From the NCBI RefSeq assembly GCF_009914755.1, contig NC_060936.1: a stretch of DNA of 64,000 nucleotides; one strand, written 5' to 3'. This document shows, one piece after another, positions 36,184 to 53,978 of the stretch; within the stretch, counting starts at the first letter, position 1, and each line of letters begins with the position of its first letter. Source of the stretch: the human T2T-CHM13v2.0 reference genome, Homo sapiens. The position numbers and the translations under genes were made by a program. The notes beneath the pieces were generated by a model. That model was not told where the DNA came from. It was given only the letters and a program-made list of their open reading frames with translations, and made no database searches.

Positions 36184-38339
36184 ATGATCAGTGTTTTTTG
36201 TTGTTTTGGGTGGTAGAGTTGAAGTCGTTTTTGTGGTGAAATCGAAGTATTACCGTATTACCAACTCATTTTTTAAAATATGAAATGTATAAAGAAAAAA
36301 TATTAGAAAATTGAAGTTTAGCACCAATATTAATGGAAAATAATGCATTGTGTTCCAAAATGTAAAAAGTTGCAAATTGCACAATTAGAGGTTAGCAATC
36401 TCAGCCTCCTAATTAGTAGACTTTGAGGTACTTGTACGTACTTGTTGCCTTAGGCTTCATCAACAAGAGATTATAATTAAGATGCTTCCTGAAAACTATT
36501 TTTAGTAGATTTAAGCCTGACTTCAGTTGAACTGTTTCCTAATAATTGTTCTCGTTTGTTTTCATTAATGCTGGGAACAGTGCTAACTTTCTGACAAATC
36601 TACCATGATGTGACTCCTGATTACCTTGTTTAGCTTCATACCCTGACACTCTTTTTGCATTTTAAATTATCAATAACAAGAATTAACGTGTATTGATGGT
36701 TTGCCGCACACCAGCTACTGAATTCAGCGTTTCACAGCTGTTAAGGCTCCCTAAAATCCTGAGGTAGGAATTATCAGCCTTCATTTTATAAATGAGAAAA
36801 TTATGGCTTTTCAAAGCTCTGGTGATTACCCAAGGTCACAAAGCTTCTAATGATAGAGGCAGGTTTTAAATCTAGACAATGTGATTCCAAGAACTCACGT
36901 CTTTGAAGATTACACGTAGTTTTCTAATAAACTATACTTTTCCTTCTTCCTGGAGTATCTCTCTCATAGTCATCCTACCAAATAGCTATGAATTCATAAC
37001 TCAGTTCAAAAGTCAATACTCTGGTTTCTCTTTAGAGTGTATAAATCTTTTGCCTTTTACAAAAGTCACTTCTACATCTTCTCTAATCTCCTTCCTAATA
37101 AATATGCTCTTCACTCCCACCTATGCTACTACTAAATCTAATACATTTGTTATTATACTTTCCATGCAATAATTATTTATCCATCTCTCTCCCCCCCAAC
37201 CCCCACTAAACCATGAGCACTCTGAGGGAATGGATTGCTTCTCACTCATCTCTCAATTCTCAGTTCTTTGTCCTGTGCCCTTCATGTGATCAACAAATTA
37301 TTGTGGAATTAAATTAACAGTTAACACTTGCTATTACTACTTAGATTGCTCTTCTTTCCTGGCTTCCTAAAATGTTCCTGTTAATCTTTCCCATTCTTTC
37401 AGGTTAAATTACTCAAGGGTTGTCAGTACTTGGTGCCCTCTCCTCACTTCCTAAGCGCTCCAAAAACTATTAATATCTGGGTTTAGCCACCACCACTCTA
37501 CAAAAACAGCTTTCACTAATGCCATCAATAACCTCTGGTTGCTAAATGCAATGAACACTTTTTTTAGTTTTAAGTTTTTATTTTTGAGATGGGGTCTTGC
37601 TGTGTTGCCCAGACTGGTCTCAAACCCTTGGGTTCATGCAGTCCTTCTGCCTCAGGCTCCCAAGTTGCTGAGACTACAGGCACGTGCCACCATGCCTGGC
37701 TTCAGTTTTTTATTTACGTGACTCTCAGTAGCATTTGATGCTGTTGACCACGCTGTCCTTAAAATAATCTTCCTCTTGGTATTCAGAAACCAAGCTTCTC
37801 TTACCTATTCTGGTTTATACATCTGTCTTCTCAGCCTACTCATTGTCCTTAACTATTAAATATGTGTTTTTCTCAGGTTCAGTTTTTGTCTCTATTCTCT
37901 TCCAACTGTACTGTCTCCCTAGGTGATCTCATCCAAGCTCACAATTTTAATTTCCATCTGTTTAGTCAGGGACTCTCAAATCGTTATCTTTAGTCTGTAA
38001 CTCGCTTCTGGGATCTTGACCCATATATGCAACTGCCAAGTTACTATTTCCATTTGGAGTATCAAAGTGACCTCAAAAGTCAAGATGTCCAAAAGTGACC
38101 TCAAAAGTCAAGATGTCCAAAACTGACCTGATTTTCTTTACCTTTCCCATAACTACAACAACGAGAATGACAACAACAACAACAAAAGACCTGGTAGTCT
38201 TCTACTAAACAGCAATGCCAACTACATAGTCAATTGCTCAAGCCAGAAACTCACTGATTTAAGTTTGAAAGTGGGCTGGGATTACAAGTATAATTATACA
38301 AATGACAACTTGGGCTCAGTTCAGTTACTTTTGCTTTGA

Positions 38340-40320
<1,981 letters not shown>

Positions 40321-41599
40321 CTCTATGGCTTCTCCACCTTGTATTAGCTTGTCACCTAGTGCTAGATCGTTCCATTTTAATTTAACATTATCTACAAACT
40401 TAAGGAGGTCCCAGTTCACCTCAGTTCATGGGATCCAGGTTCTACTCCTGACTCTTAAAAATTTTAACCCCAAAATTTTAATCCAACACTACATATTTTC
40501 TTTTATTCACACCCCTTTCCCTTTGCCAATTAGATGGCATTAATAATCAGAGTTTTTATAGTCCTATAAGCCATTATGTTCACAGAGGCACTATCTGTAA
40601 CATTAATTAGATTAATTAAATTGACAGGTAATTTCCCAACCCACTTGTTAACTTCCAGTCTTTCCCTGTTGTTAGAGGAGCAATCTGATAACATATCCAA
40701 TGTACCTTGAAAAGTAAAGCTAGATTTATTTGCTAAATCTGTAAAGACTAGGATACCGTGGCTCTCCAGCTGAACTCGCTATGCACTAGTGTTATTTAAA
40801 GGAGTGCTGACAAGTGGGCAGTTACAAATTACTGCAATTGATGGGAAGAGCAAAAGTGAGCTGAGTCCATGACTAGTGTCCGTATACAGCCCACGCGATA
40901 TGGCACCTATCCAGTTTGTTCCAGACAGCTGCATAAGAGAATTCTAAACTTGCTATAGGTTGTGTTGCTTCCCACAGAGGGAGTAGCTTCTTCACACATT
41001 ACAGGTACCATCATACAGGCAGCTACTGCAGTTCAGATGAGGTGAAGTTGAAATTTTAACCTTAAGTAGCAATACTTATGGGAAACATATTAGAATGAGA
41101 TAAGTCAATACAGGTCTTCTAATACTAAAGCTATTGGGGCTTTAGTATGTTTAATACTAAAGATTCATACCCTGGGACTTTAGTCATTACTTCTACCCCT
41201 TGTGGTTTGGTTACCAGGTCATCAATGTCTTGATTCCTATTTGAGCAAATAAACCTACCATCCCTAGCTAAGGGAGGTTTGCTCAAACATCCCCTGACAC
41301 ATTCTACCTAGCTTGAAACTCTTCAGTGGTTGTCTACTGCTATTAAGATAAAAACCAAAATTTCCAGGGTAGACCACAAGACTCTATGATCTGGTCCCTA
41401 CCTACTTTACTATATTTATTTCACATGACTCTCCAACTGCCCTATTCCAACTACACTGGTCTTAATTTCAATTGCATAAAAACCATATTCCATTTCTTAA
41501 TCATTGACGTTGGGATAACTGGATAGCTAGATGAAAAAATGAAAAATTGCATGTGTTCCTCATAATATTTGGAACTTATACCACAGAAAAAAGAATTAA

Positions 41600-42410
41600 T
41601 ATATAAAGGACTGATATAAAGAGCTTCTAAAAGAGCTAAAAATCCTTTTGAAAAATAGACAAGAACTAAAAACAGATGAGTCACAGAAAAAGAAAGTCAA
41701 ATGGTCCTTTACCATGTAAACAGATGCCATAATAAAAGAGATGCAAATTTATATTATAATGTAAATTTTTTGCATATTAGTTACAAATCCAAATGTTTGA
41801 CAACGTACTCTATTGAAACGGCTGTGGATAAATACACACCCTCATATATTTCAGCCCAGCATGCAAAATGATACAACCCCTATAGAGGAGAATTTGCCAA
41901 TATCTAGCACAATTAGGTATGGATTTGTGCTTGACCCAATAATTCTACTCCCAGGAATCTATCCCAAAGAAACACCAGCAAAAACACAAAAAGTTGTGTG
42001 CACAGGGATATTAATGGCAGTACTCTTTGACATAACGAAAAGGCTAGGAACAATGCATATGACTACCATAAAAAGATTGGTTGAATAAACTGTGATTTTG
42101 CATATTTGAATAATATTCAGCCATAAAATAAATATCTACATATGACTGTGGTGTAATCGCCAGGGTTTACTAGGTAAACATTAAAAAACAAGCATGTTTT
42201 GGAAAAAAAAGCATCTTTTATCTAAGAAAGGAGTGCAAATATAATACAGAGAAATCTATTTGTATATATTATTTTTAAATGGAGGATAAACAAAAATGGT
42301 TACCTATGGGGGGAAGAGAGGACAGAGTGAGTAAAAAAGTAATGAAGCTAAACTTTTCTGAATGTACCTTGTTTGATAGTATCAGCTTTGGAGGCATGTA
42401 AGTGATTTAT
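41600..42410 (+). mobile_element. old L1M fragment (continues ~42790-43900 and ~45300-46030)
   Basis: ttgacccaataattctactcccaggaatctatcccaaagaa and similar L1 3' motifs. Confidence 0.6.
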
Positions 42411-42416
42411 ATCATT

Positions 42417-42784
42417 TGATATGGTTTGGATTTGTGTCCCTGCCCAAATCTCATGATGAATTGTAATCCCCGGTATTGGAGGAGGGATCTGGTGAGAGGT
42501 GATCGGATCATGGGGGCAGCTTTCCCCCTTGCTGATCTCATGATAGTGATTTCTCATGAGATCTGGTTGTTTAAAAGCGTGTGGCACCCCCACCCCTTAT
42601 CGCTGTCTTTCTCCTTCCTGATCATGTGAGGCGTGCCTCCTTTCTCTTTGCCTTCTGCCATGATTGCAAGTTTCCCCAGCCATGCTTCCTGTACAGCCTG
42701 CATAACCATGAGCCAACTAAACCTCTTTATAAATTACCTAGGCTCAGATAGTTCTTTATAGCAATGCAAGAACAGACTAATACA
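42417..42784 (+). mobile_element. MaLR solo LTR (MSTA-like)
   Basis: tgatatggtttggatttgtgtccctgcccaaatctcatg...aacagactaataca. Confidence 0.88.
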
Positions 42785-43214
42785 TCTTTATAAAGTAAAA
42801 TAAACCAAAATAAAATTTTAATTGAAAACAAAATGAAATAACAAGGTAGAGATATGGAAAATTAACCACACAGAAAAGAAGTATTTTAAGTTCTTTTACA
42901 ATATAGGAATTTATCTAAACATCCCTAGTGGGAAATGGCCTAAGGACAAAAGTAACTACAAAAAAAATCTTAAACTATTTTGTGATCATATTGCTAGTAA
43001 TAATACCAGTATTATATATCTGTAATTATATATATATGTATGTATGTTTACGTATAGAGAAAGAGTGTTCACACAATTATTTCAATCTCTTCAGGAACCA
43101 AGATTTTCAGGGTTGGAAAAAAAGAGATACCATATAAAAATTAAATGAATATAGTCATCCTAATTTATAGTTAGAAATAACCTTATGAATAGTATGAATT
43201 TATAATATATTTTC

Positions 43215-43520
<306 letters not shown>

Positions 43521-43922
43521 GTTTTATTTATTTATTTATTTAAGTTTTTTTCTAACTGTATTCATGGAAATGTCTTATAAATATTTACCAAGCAGTAACA
43601 ATGAATTCACCCAGTGCTGAGATTGTGGCCTTTACTCTAAATGCTATTTCCTACTTAAAAGAACCAAGACATGTCTATAGAGAAAAGGCTAATAGGAAGA
43701 CAAATCAAGATGAGTTGATCATACTGGAAAGCAAGAAATCTATCCAAGACTGATAGGATCACAACAAAGGAACACAGGAGCCAATAAAAGAGGCTCCCAG
43801 TAGCCAGAGATGGAGCGATTTGAGCATCAAGAAGATCAATACCTGCAATTAATTGGAACACATCAAATTTGCAATAATCCAGAGTTCATAATGATATTAA
43901 CAACAACTACTACTACAGAAAT

Positions 43923-44983
43923 TATCAGGGGAACCTGCCCCCAATATTTCAATGTAGGTTCTTTCTATTTTCTGTAGGTGTCAGCTGGCTGAGAAATAAA
44001 GAGAGACAGTACAAAGAGAGGAATTTTACAGCTGGGCTGCTGGGGTGACATCACATATTGGTAGGACCATGATGCCCGCCTGAGCCTCAAAACCAGCAAG
44101 TTTTTATTAAGGATTTCAAAAGGGGAGGGGGTGTAAGAACAGGGAGTAGGTACAAAGATCACATGCTTCAAAGGGCAAAAAGCAGAACTACTAATAAGGG
44201 TCTAACAAAGATCACATGCTTCTGAGGGAACAGGACAAAGGGCAAAAGCAGAACTACTGATAAGGGTCCAACAAAGATCTCAAGGCAAAGGGCAAAAGCA
44301 GAACTACTGATAAGGGTCCAACAAACATCTCAAGGCAAAGGGCAAAAGCAGAACTACTGATAAGTATCTATGTTCAGCGGTGCATGTATTGTCTTGATAA
44401 ACATCTTAAACAACAGAAAACAGGGTTCAAGAGCAGAGAACAGGTCTGACCACAAATTTACCACGGCGGAGTTTTTCTCCACCCTAGTAAGCCTGAGGGT
44501 ACTGCAGGAGACCAGGGCATATCTCAGTCCTTATCTCAACTGCACAAGACAGACATTCCCATAGCGGCCATTTATAGACCTCCCCCCAGGAATGCATTCC
44601 TTTCCCAGGGTATTAATATTAATATTCCTTGCTAGGGAAATAATTTAGTGATATCTTCCCTACTTGCACGTCCACTTGTAGGCTCTCTGCAAGAAGAAAA
44701 ATATGGCTCTTTTTGCCCGACCCCACAGGCAGTCAGACCTTATGGTGGGGTGACTTATGAAGACATTCCCTTGTTCCTTAAAAATTGCTGTTATTCTGTT
44801 CTTTTTCAAGGTGCACTGATTTCTTATTGTTCAAACACACATGTTTTACAATCAATTTGTACAGTTAACACAATTATCACAGTGGTCCTGAGGTGACATA
44901 TATCCTCAGCTTACAAAGATAACAGGATTAAGAGACCAGCTCCAGCAGGTCCCTCCATTCAGGGTCCCTGACTTCCTGCAACA
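43923..44983 (-). mobile_element. MER11 solo LTR (HERV-K11/HML-8, ERVK)
   Basis: Minus strand starts TGTTGCAGGAAGTCAGGGACCC; perfect 6-bp TSD agaaat at 43917-43922 and 44984-44989; internal ~50-bp repeats. Confidence 0.92.
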
Positions 44984-44997
44984 AGAAATGACCAACA

Positions 44998-45347
<350 letters not shown>

Positions 45348-46389
45348 CTAAAAACAGAAACAACAAAAAGAATGAATCAAGTGTTTATCTTGCCCTTCCT
45401 GGAAGAACTGCACCTCAGGGTAACCTAAGGGAATAGTTGATGCGAGAAAGTTTGTCTATAAGAAATATTGTAGTTAATAAATGAAGAAGAATTGGTAAAA
45501 TTAAAATATCACCTGTCTGCAACTCATAATGAAATCTTGGGTCCAGGCAATGGTGATTAATTCTTGCTGACATCACAGAAAGAGAACCAACCTTATGTGT
45601 CTCCTGATTTGATGCAATAGTGCAAACAATACTTCCCATGACATATTCCTGCTTTAAATAAAATTGAAACTGAGTTGAATCAAACCTCATACCTATTTGC
45701 CAATTTTATAAAAAATACAGTAGACAGAGGAGCATGTTAAATAACAGCATTGGGATGCAATCAGGAAGATCTAAAATAAAGACAATTCTGTAAACAAATT
45801 CGTGTTTCTTCAACAAATACATTGCAAGAAAAATAAAGAACTGGAGAAATGTTTTATATTTTAAAAGATTTAAGACATAATTCAACCAAAGGCAATGTTT
45901 GAATCCTGATTGGATCCTTCTGTTAACAAACTGCAAGACCATTTCTGAGACAATCAGGGAAATTTTAATCTTACCTGGATATTTGATAATATTTATTGTT
46001 AAGTTTTTAGGCATAGCATCTGTGTTGTAAAGTGACAATTGTGGCCCCAGGAAGAGTACCTAAAAGCAGCCTCTAGTTGCTGAGAGAAATTCCTAGCTGA
46101 TAGCCAGGAAGGAAATGGGACCTCAGTTCCACAACCACAAGGGACTGAATTGTGCTAACTGTACCACTGAACTTGGAAGCAGATTTTTTTCTCCAGAACC
46201 ACCAGATAAAAACTCAGTCTGACTAACACCTGGTCTAAGCCTTGTAATACCCTGAGCAGATGACCCAGTAACACCATGCCAGACTATTAAAACAGTTGGT
46301 GAGGTATAGGATGGGAGAGAAACAGGTGATTCTGTAATGACTTCTCCCTTTGAGAATCAACATACTGAAATTACACTGTTAAATTAGGT

Positions 46390-46738
46390 GCTGTGGTCTG
46401 AACGTGTCCCCCCAAAAATCATATGTTGAAACCTAATCTCTGATGTGATAATATTAAGAGATGGGGCCATTGTGGTGTTGTGAGGATGGAACCCTCATGA
46501 ATGGGATTAGTACCCCTATAAAAGAGGCCCCCAACAGCTGTCTTGCCCTTCCACCTCATGCGCACAGTGAGAAGGTGTCATTCTGTGAACCAGGAAGCAG
46601 GCCCTCACCAGACATCAAATCTGCCAGTGCCTTCAGCTTATACTTCCCAGCCTCCAGAACCATGAGAAATAAATATTTATCATTTATAAGTTACCCAGTT
46701 TATGATATTTTGTTATATCAGCTGAATGGACTAAGACA
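46390..46738 (+). mobile_element. MaLR LTR (MLT1A/MSTD-like); another MLT1 fragment at ~46040-46300
   Basis: tgctgtggtctgaacgtgtccccccaaaa...ggactaagaca. Confidence 0.8.
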
Positions 46739-46926
46739 TAGAGCATTACAAAGACTCACAACAAAAGGAAAATAGGAATAAAATGTCATGTGTTCCTGAC
46801 TTGTGTTTGAGTCATATTCAACAGTAGCAAGCCAAGCACAGTCCCACTCAATTCACCACTGTCGTGAATAAAAACTTCTTGTAGCTGGCACATATGTCAT
46901 TTCTAAGTATGTGTCTTACTATGTAA

Positions 46927-48125
<1,199 letters not shown>

Positions 48126-48488
48126 TTTCTTAACAGGAAGGCAAATTTGGTTGCATTTTAAACTTAATAATCGTCATTTTAAACATAATTGTAGTATAAA
48201 CACATAATCCGAACCCTCTTTGACTGAGGAATCACATTCATTTATTCACTCAACAAATGTCTGTTGAGCTCCAGTTGTGTATCTTTTAAGTAAAGTTCTC
48301 AGGATACAAAAGAACAAGATCCCAGTCAAAGGAACTTACCATCTAGAGGTAGAGATGGGCTCACAACCAGGAAATGCAATGCAATACGGCAAGTGCTGGG
48401 TGAGAGGCAAGGACAGGAAGTTGTGGGAACATTTGGGAAGAGCATCTAACATAATTTGAGGGGACCAGGAAAGGCATTCCAGAGGAAG

Positions 48489-48944
48489 TGTATTAGTTTC
48501 CCATTGCTACTGTAACAAATTACCAGAAATTTAATGGCTTACAATAACACAAATGTATTAGCTTGCAGTACTGGACATTGAAAGTCCAAGATCAAGGTGT
48601 TAGCAGGGCTGCATTCTCTCTGGAGGCTGTAAGCAATAGTCTGTTCTTTGCCTTTTCTGACTTTCAGAGGCTGCCTACATTCCTCATGGCCCCCTACCAG
48701 CAATGGCATCACTCTAACCTCTCTGCTTCCATCATCATATCTTCTCTCTCACTCTGATCTCCCTGCCTCACTCTTGGAAGGGCCTTTGTAATTACATTGG
48801 GCCCATTCAGATAATACAAGGATAATTTCCTATCTCAAATTCTGAACCTGATCACAACTGCAAAATCATTTTACCACGTTAGGTAACAGGTTCCAGGGAT
48901 TGGGATGTGAATGCCTTAGGAGAGCCACTAATCAACCTACTGCA
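48489..48944 (-). mobile_element. MaLR LTR (MLT1B/C-like)
   Basis: tgtattagtttcccattgct...ctactgca with 5-bp TSD ggaag. Confidence 0.85.
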
Positions 48945-49051
48945 GGAAGTAACCACAGCAGGATATTGGAGAGTTTTCCAAGGAGGGGAAATGTAGAAAA
49001 GCATATAAAGACCTAGGGGAAGGGAACTATGAAACTTTATAGCTTAGTGAC

Positions 49052-49455
49052 TGACGTGGTTTGGATGTGTGTCCACTCCAAATCTCATGCTGAAGTGTGA
49101 TCCCTAATGTTGGAGGTGGACCTAGGGGGAGGAATTTGGGTTATGGGAGCAGATCCCTCATGAATGTCTTGGTGCTGTCCTCATGGTAATGACTGAGTTC
49201 TCTATGAGTTCACACGAGAGCTGATTGTTTAAAAGAACATGGCACGACACGCATCTCTCTCTCTCTCTTGCTCCCTCTCTTGCCATGTGGTATGCCAGCT
49301 CCCGCTCTGCCTTCCACCATGATTGTGAGCTTCCTGAGGCCTCACTAGAAGCTGTGCAGATGTTGACGCCATGCTTGTACAGCCTGCAGAATCGTAGGCC
49401 AAATAAACTTCTTTCTAAAATAAATTCCCAACCTCAGGTAACTCTTTATAGCAGT
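49052..49455 (+). mobile_element. MaLR LTR (MSTB-like)
   Basis: gtggtttggatgtgtgtcc...caaataaacttctttct...ctttatagca. Confidence 0.85.
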
Positions 49456-50837
49456 ATCTTTGGCTATAAAATAATACAGAAATAATATAATAGTATCTGT
49501 ATCACCTCATCATATAGAATAAAGTAATACATGTAAAGCTCTAAGAACATTATGTGTTCATTCTGTGTCAGTACATGATGTTAGCCATGGCAATGACAAA
49601 TAGAGGAAAAAGAGGAAATCCAGAATAGAGGTTGAAATAGAAAGCAGGGACCAGAACAAGATTGATCTGGTGAGGTCTTGTGGAATTAACCTGAGGGGAA
49701 TACTTTGATGAATTTTAAGCAGGAATGTGGCATGATTACTTACGTATTTTAGTTGACTGGCTGCCTGGCTAAATGGAAAACAGATTGAGGGAGACAAGAC
49801 TGGAGGTAGGAGAAGGGCGAGGACAAGAGTGAAATGAGGACAGCACTTGCTTTTTGTGCACACCTTAAGGAGGCACCAAAATATTTGGGAATCAAGATAA
49901 ATGAAATTTTAATGCAATATTTTACAAAATCAAATTAATGCAAAAAAACCATGATGAACAACTTATGAAAATTTAAATAAAGCAGGGTTATTAGGGAGTT
50001 CACTGAAAGGATGTTCTAATAATCCAAGTCAGAGATGATGAGAGCCTAAAGCAGAGGGGTAGCCCTGGGTATGAAGATAGTTGGACAGACTAAGGAAACC
50101 TATGGAAGGAATCGGGTGAGGGGAGGGTCTGGTAATATCTTTTACTGAGAGAGTTACACAAAAGCAGGCAGGAGTTTACCTGGCAGCATAGGCAGAATAT
50201 GTCAAGGAGGAAATTCAGTTCTATTTTGCACATATTGAGCTTAAGAAGCCTCTGATTCATTCAAGTGGAGATTCTAGTCAGAAGTTGAAATATGTAACTA
50301 CAATGAAGCAAAACCTGCTACTTATACACATCCCCAGCTTTTCTATTTCTTATATGTTAACCTCTAAATTTCTTCACTAATGTTTTCTTCCCAGTTCCTG
50401 ACCAGTTCTTTGGGAGGAAAGAAAAGGATCTTAAAGGACCTAAATTCTTGGGGTATAGAAGCAAATTGGGAGCTAATTTTTGGAAGGGAGAGGACAAGAG
50501 AATGTCAGGCATGAGTTAGAGTGACTGATCTTCCCTTTGTCCCTGAACCATTTCCAGATCATTACATTTTTACTCTCATTGTTTCTTTATGTTCACGACA
50601 TCAGCTGTGTCAACCTCTAATCTCTGTTGGTGCTGTCACTTACTGACAACGTGGCCATTTTCTCTTTCTCATCAAAGACTTTGTCCCCTTGGATGTGCCA
50701 CACACTACATCGTAAAATTACCTAAACTCTTTCACTCTTAGTTCATACATTCCAACATACCTCTCTAGAACTTTAATGTTCCAACTCTTCCCTCAATCAT
50801 TCCTATTATATTGGTTCCTTGAGCTCATAAATACTTA

Positions 50838-51194
<357 letters not shown>

Positions 51195-51464
51195 TTACCT
51201 CCCACCCCTATTCAGATAACACTAAAGTGACCCGTCTTTTCAGCCATTTTTGTGCCGATATCCTCACTTTCCATGCTGTATCCGAAACAACCATCATTTG
51301 GGGGTCTGATAGTCCCCCAAATCTGAAAGCATAAGAGCAGTCTGTGCACTGCACAAAAGCACCCAGCAAAGGGGACAAATGGGAAAAAACTAAAGCTTTG
51401 CTCAGAGTCCTGGGGTAGATCTGTCCTGAGCATGTACCTTTCTCTAATTTGCCACATAGTTTAG

Positions 51465-51795
51465 GGCAGAGGTTTACAAACTACGGACCCCACAGACCAA
51501 ATCAACCTGCTGCCAATTTTTGTATGGCCCACAAGCTAAGAATTTTTTGTTTTTAAACAGTTGAAAAAAAATCAAAGGACGAGTAATGTTTTGTGACATG
51601 AAACGTGTTAAATTCAGATTTCAGTGAACATAAGTGTTACTGGAACACAGCCATGCTCATTTGTTTATATATTATCTGTGGCTGATTTTATACTACAAAG
51701 GCAGAGTTGAATAGCTGTGATTGAAACTGTACAGCCTGCAAATCCTAAAATATGTACTATCTGGCTCTTTATAGGAAAAGTTTGCCTACTCCTGG
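51465..51795. mobile_element. MER58B-like hAT MITE
   Basis: cagaggtttacaaactacgg...aaaagtttgcctactcctg. Confidence 0.7.
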
Positions 51796-52212
51796 TCTAG
51801 CAGGTTTATTGTCTACTTTCTCTGTACTAATACCTGGGCTGTTAAATATTTGCTAGAGAAAATCCATCAATCATATAGATTGGTGCCACAATACAGTCAC
51901 AATTTCTAACCCCTCCTGAAAAGTCAACATTACCTGGAAACCCTCTAATTTTCCTCATCAGCTCTCTCTCCTCATTTCTTCAGCCTTTCACTTTTCCTAC
52001 TCTTCTAAGCCTCCGAAACACTTCACCCCCTCATTTCAAAAGATGCTTCAGTCCTACTTCAAAGTGAAAATAGAAACCATCAGATTAACACTCTTAGTTT
52101 CCTGCTCCTGCACCTATAAATTTGCCCACAGCTGCCTTCATCCTTTATTTACTACCTCTTGTTTCAGAAGTGGGAACTTTTCACTCATTTAAAGCAATTT
52201 CTTCAACCAGTG

Positions 52213-53400
52213 CCTTGACAGTTCATTGTATGTGTCAAGTTGACTGGGTTAAGTGATAACACAAATAGCTGATAAAACATTTCTGGGTGTGTCTCTGAAG
52301 GTGTTTCCAGAAGAGATTAGCATTCGGCTCAGTAGACTCAGTAAAGATAATCCACCCTTGCCAATGTAGGCAGGCACCATCCAATCCCTTGAGTGCCCAG
52401 ATGGAACAAAAAGGCAAAGAAAAGGCAAATTCTCACTTTCTTGTGTAGCCAAAACAACCATCATCCCCTGCCTTGGAATACCAGAGTTCCAGGCTCTCAG
52501 GACTCACACCAGCAACGCCTATACACATACACTACTTGTCCCTGGCTTTCAGGCTTTTGAACTGAGAGTTACAGCATTGGCTCCCCTGATTCTCAGGCTT
52601 TGAGATTCAGACTGAATTACACTATTAGCTTTCTTGGTTCTCCAGCTTGCAAAACAGCGTATCATTCTAATTCTTGTCCTCCATAATCACATGAGCCAAT
52701 TCCCGTAATAAATCCTCTCATATATCTATCTTTCTATGTATCTTATTAGTTGTAATTCTCTAGAGAACCTTAACTAATACAGATTTTGGTAACAAGAGTG
52801 ATTCTAGAGGAACAGAATTTTTTAAATGAGTTTTCTGAATTGGTTTTGGGGTTCTGGAACTGGCTCTTTAATCTGATTAGATCTAAAAATGCTCAGGATC
52901 TCATTTCCCGTAGTAAAGAAAGCACTAATAGTCCATGCTGTGAATTGTTTATAGAAATATGCAAAATATCTGCATTGGATATTCCTAATCAACCCCTTAT
53001 AAGAGGCAAGGAGGTGAGTAACTCTGTATATGATAGTTTCAAATATTTTTGTAAAACTGAAAAATATAATGATGTTGATTGGTTGCTACTAATGCCACTG
53101 GATAAAGTAATGAAAGAAAATGATGAGCTCAGGAATTTAAATTCCCAGGTCAAGCACAGCATAAATAACCTAAGAGCTTCTAGGTGTGCCATAAAGGACA
53201 GCCTTATTTCCTATAGTGTAGGGTATCTACTGTCAAAGTATAGGCACCAACTGGGAAAGAATGAAATCCTATAAGTTGGAATGGGGACATGTGGGTAGAC
53301 CCTGATGAACCTGGGGACCTTGAGTCCCTAAATTCTGATTAGTCCTCTTTGCCAGTAGATGAGGTCTTCTCACCCTCAGCAAAGGCCTCCCCAACCCAAA
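52213..53400 (+). mobile_element. ERV-L 5' LTR (MLT2-like, to 52781) plus internal gag remnant
   Basis: LTR ends actaataca followed by gattttggta; translation GFWNWLFNLIR...WLLLMPLDKVMKENDELR resembles ERV-L Gag N-terminus. Confidence 0.85.
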
Positions 53401-53519
53401 TGGACAAAGACAAGTGCCCTGGATGCCTTCCTCTTCTCCAGTGTCCTACAGTGAGTGATTAGCCCTTCTGTCTCTTGAAGCTTAACATTTCCCTGTCTAT
53501 TGGTTCCTTATCATTAGCA

Positions 53520-53792
53520 TTTTTTTGAGACCAGTATCTGGAGTGAAGTGGTACAATTATGGCTCACTGCAGCTTTGACCTTCTGGGCTCAAGTGATCCT
53601 CCCATCTCAGCCTCCCAAGTAGCTGGGTCCACAGGGGTGTGCCACAGCACCAAGCTAGTTTTTTTATTTTTTACAGAGATAAGGTCTTGCTATGTTTCTC
53701 AGGCTGGTCTCGAACTCCCGGGCTCAAGCGATCCTCCCTCCTCGGCCTCCCAAAGTGCTGGAATTACAGGTGTGAGCCACTGGACCTGGTCC
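53520..53792 (-). mobile_element. AluJ-like
   Basis: Reverse Alu. Confidence 0.88.
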
Positions 53793-53978
53793 TCCTTACC
53801 ATTAGCATTTTGATGATGCTATTATCAGTTGACACAGTTAGTCTCACACTCTCCTCCTTGAAACAATTTGTTCACTTGGTTTCCAGGATATCCCATTTCC
53901 AGTTGTCTGCCTTCCTCAATGGGCCACTCCTCCATTGTCTCATTTACTCATTTCTTCTCATGTCTCCTGCCTATAAAC

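Noticed and set aside
44170-44370. Regularly spaced repeats superficially like a CRISPR array
   Set aside because: These are internal tandem repeats of a MER11 LTR in primate DNA; the spacers are not unique and there are no cas genes.
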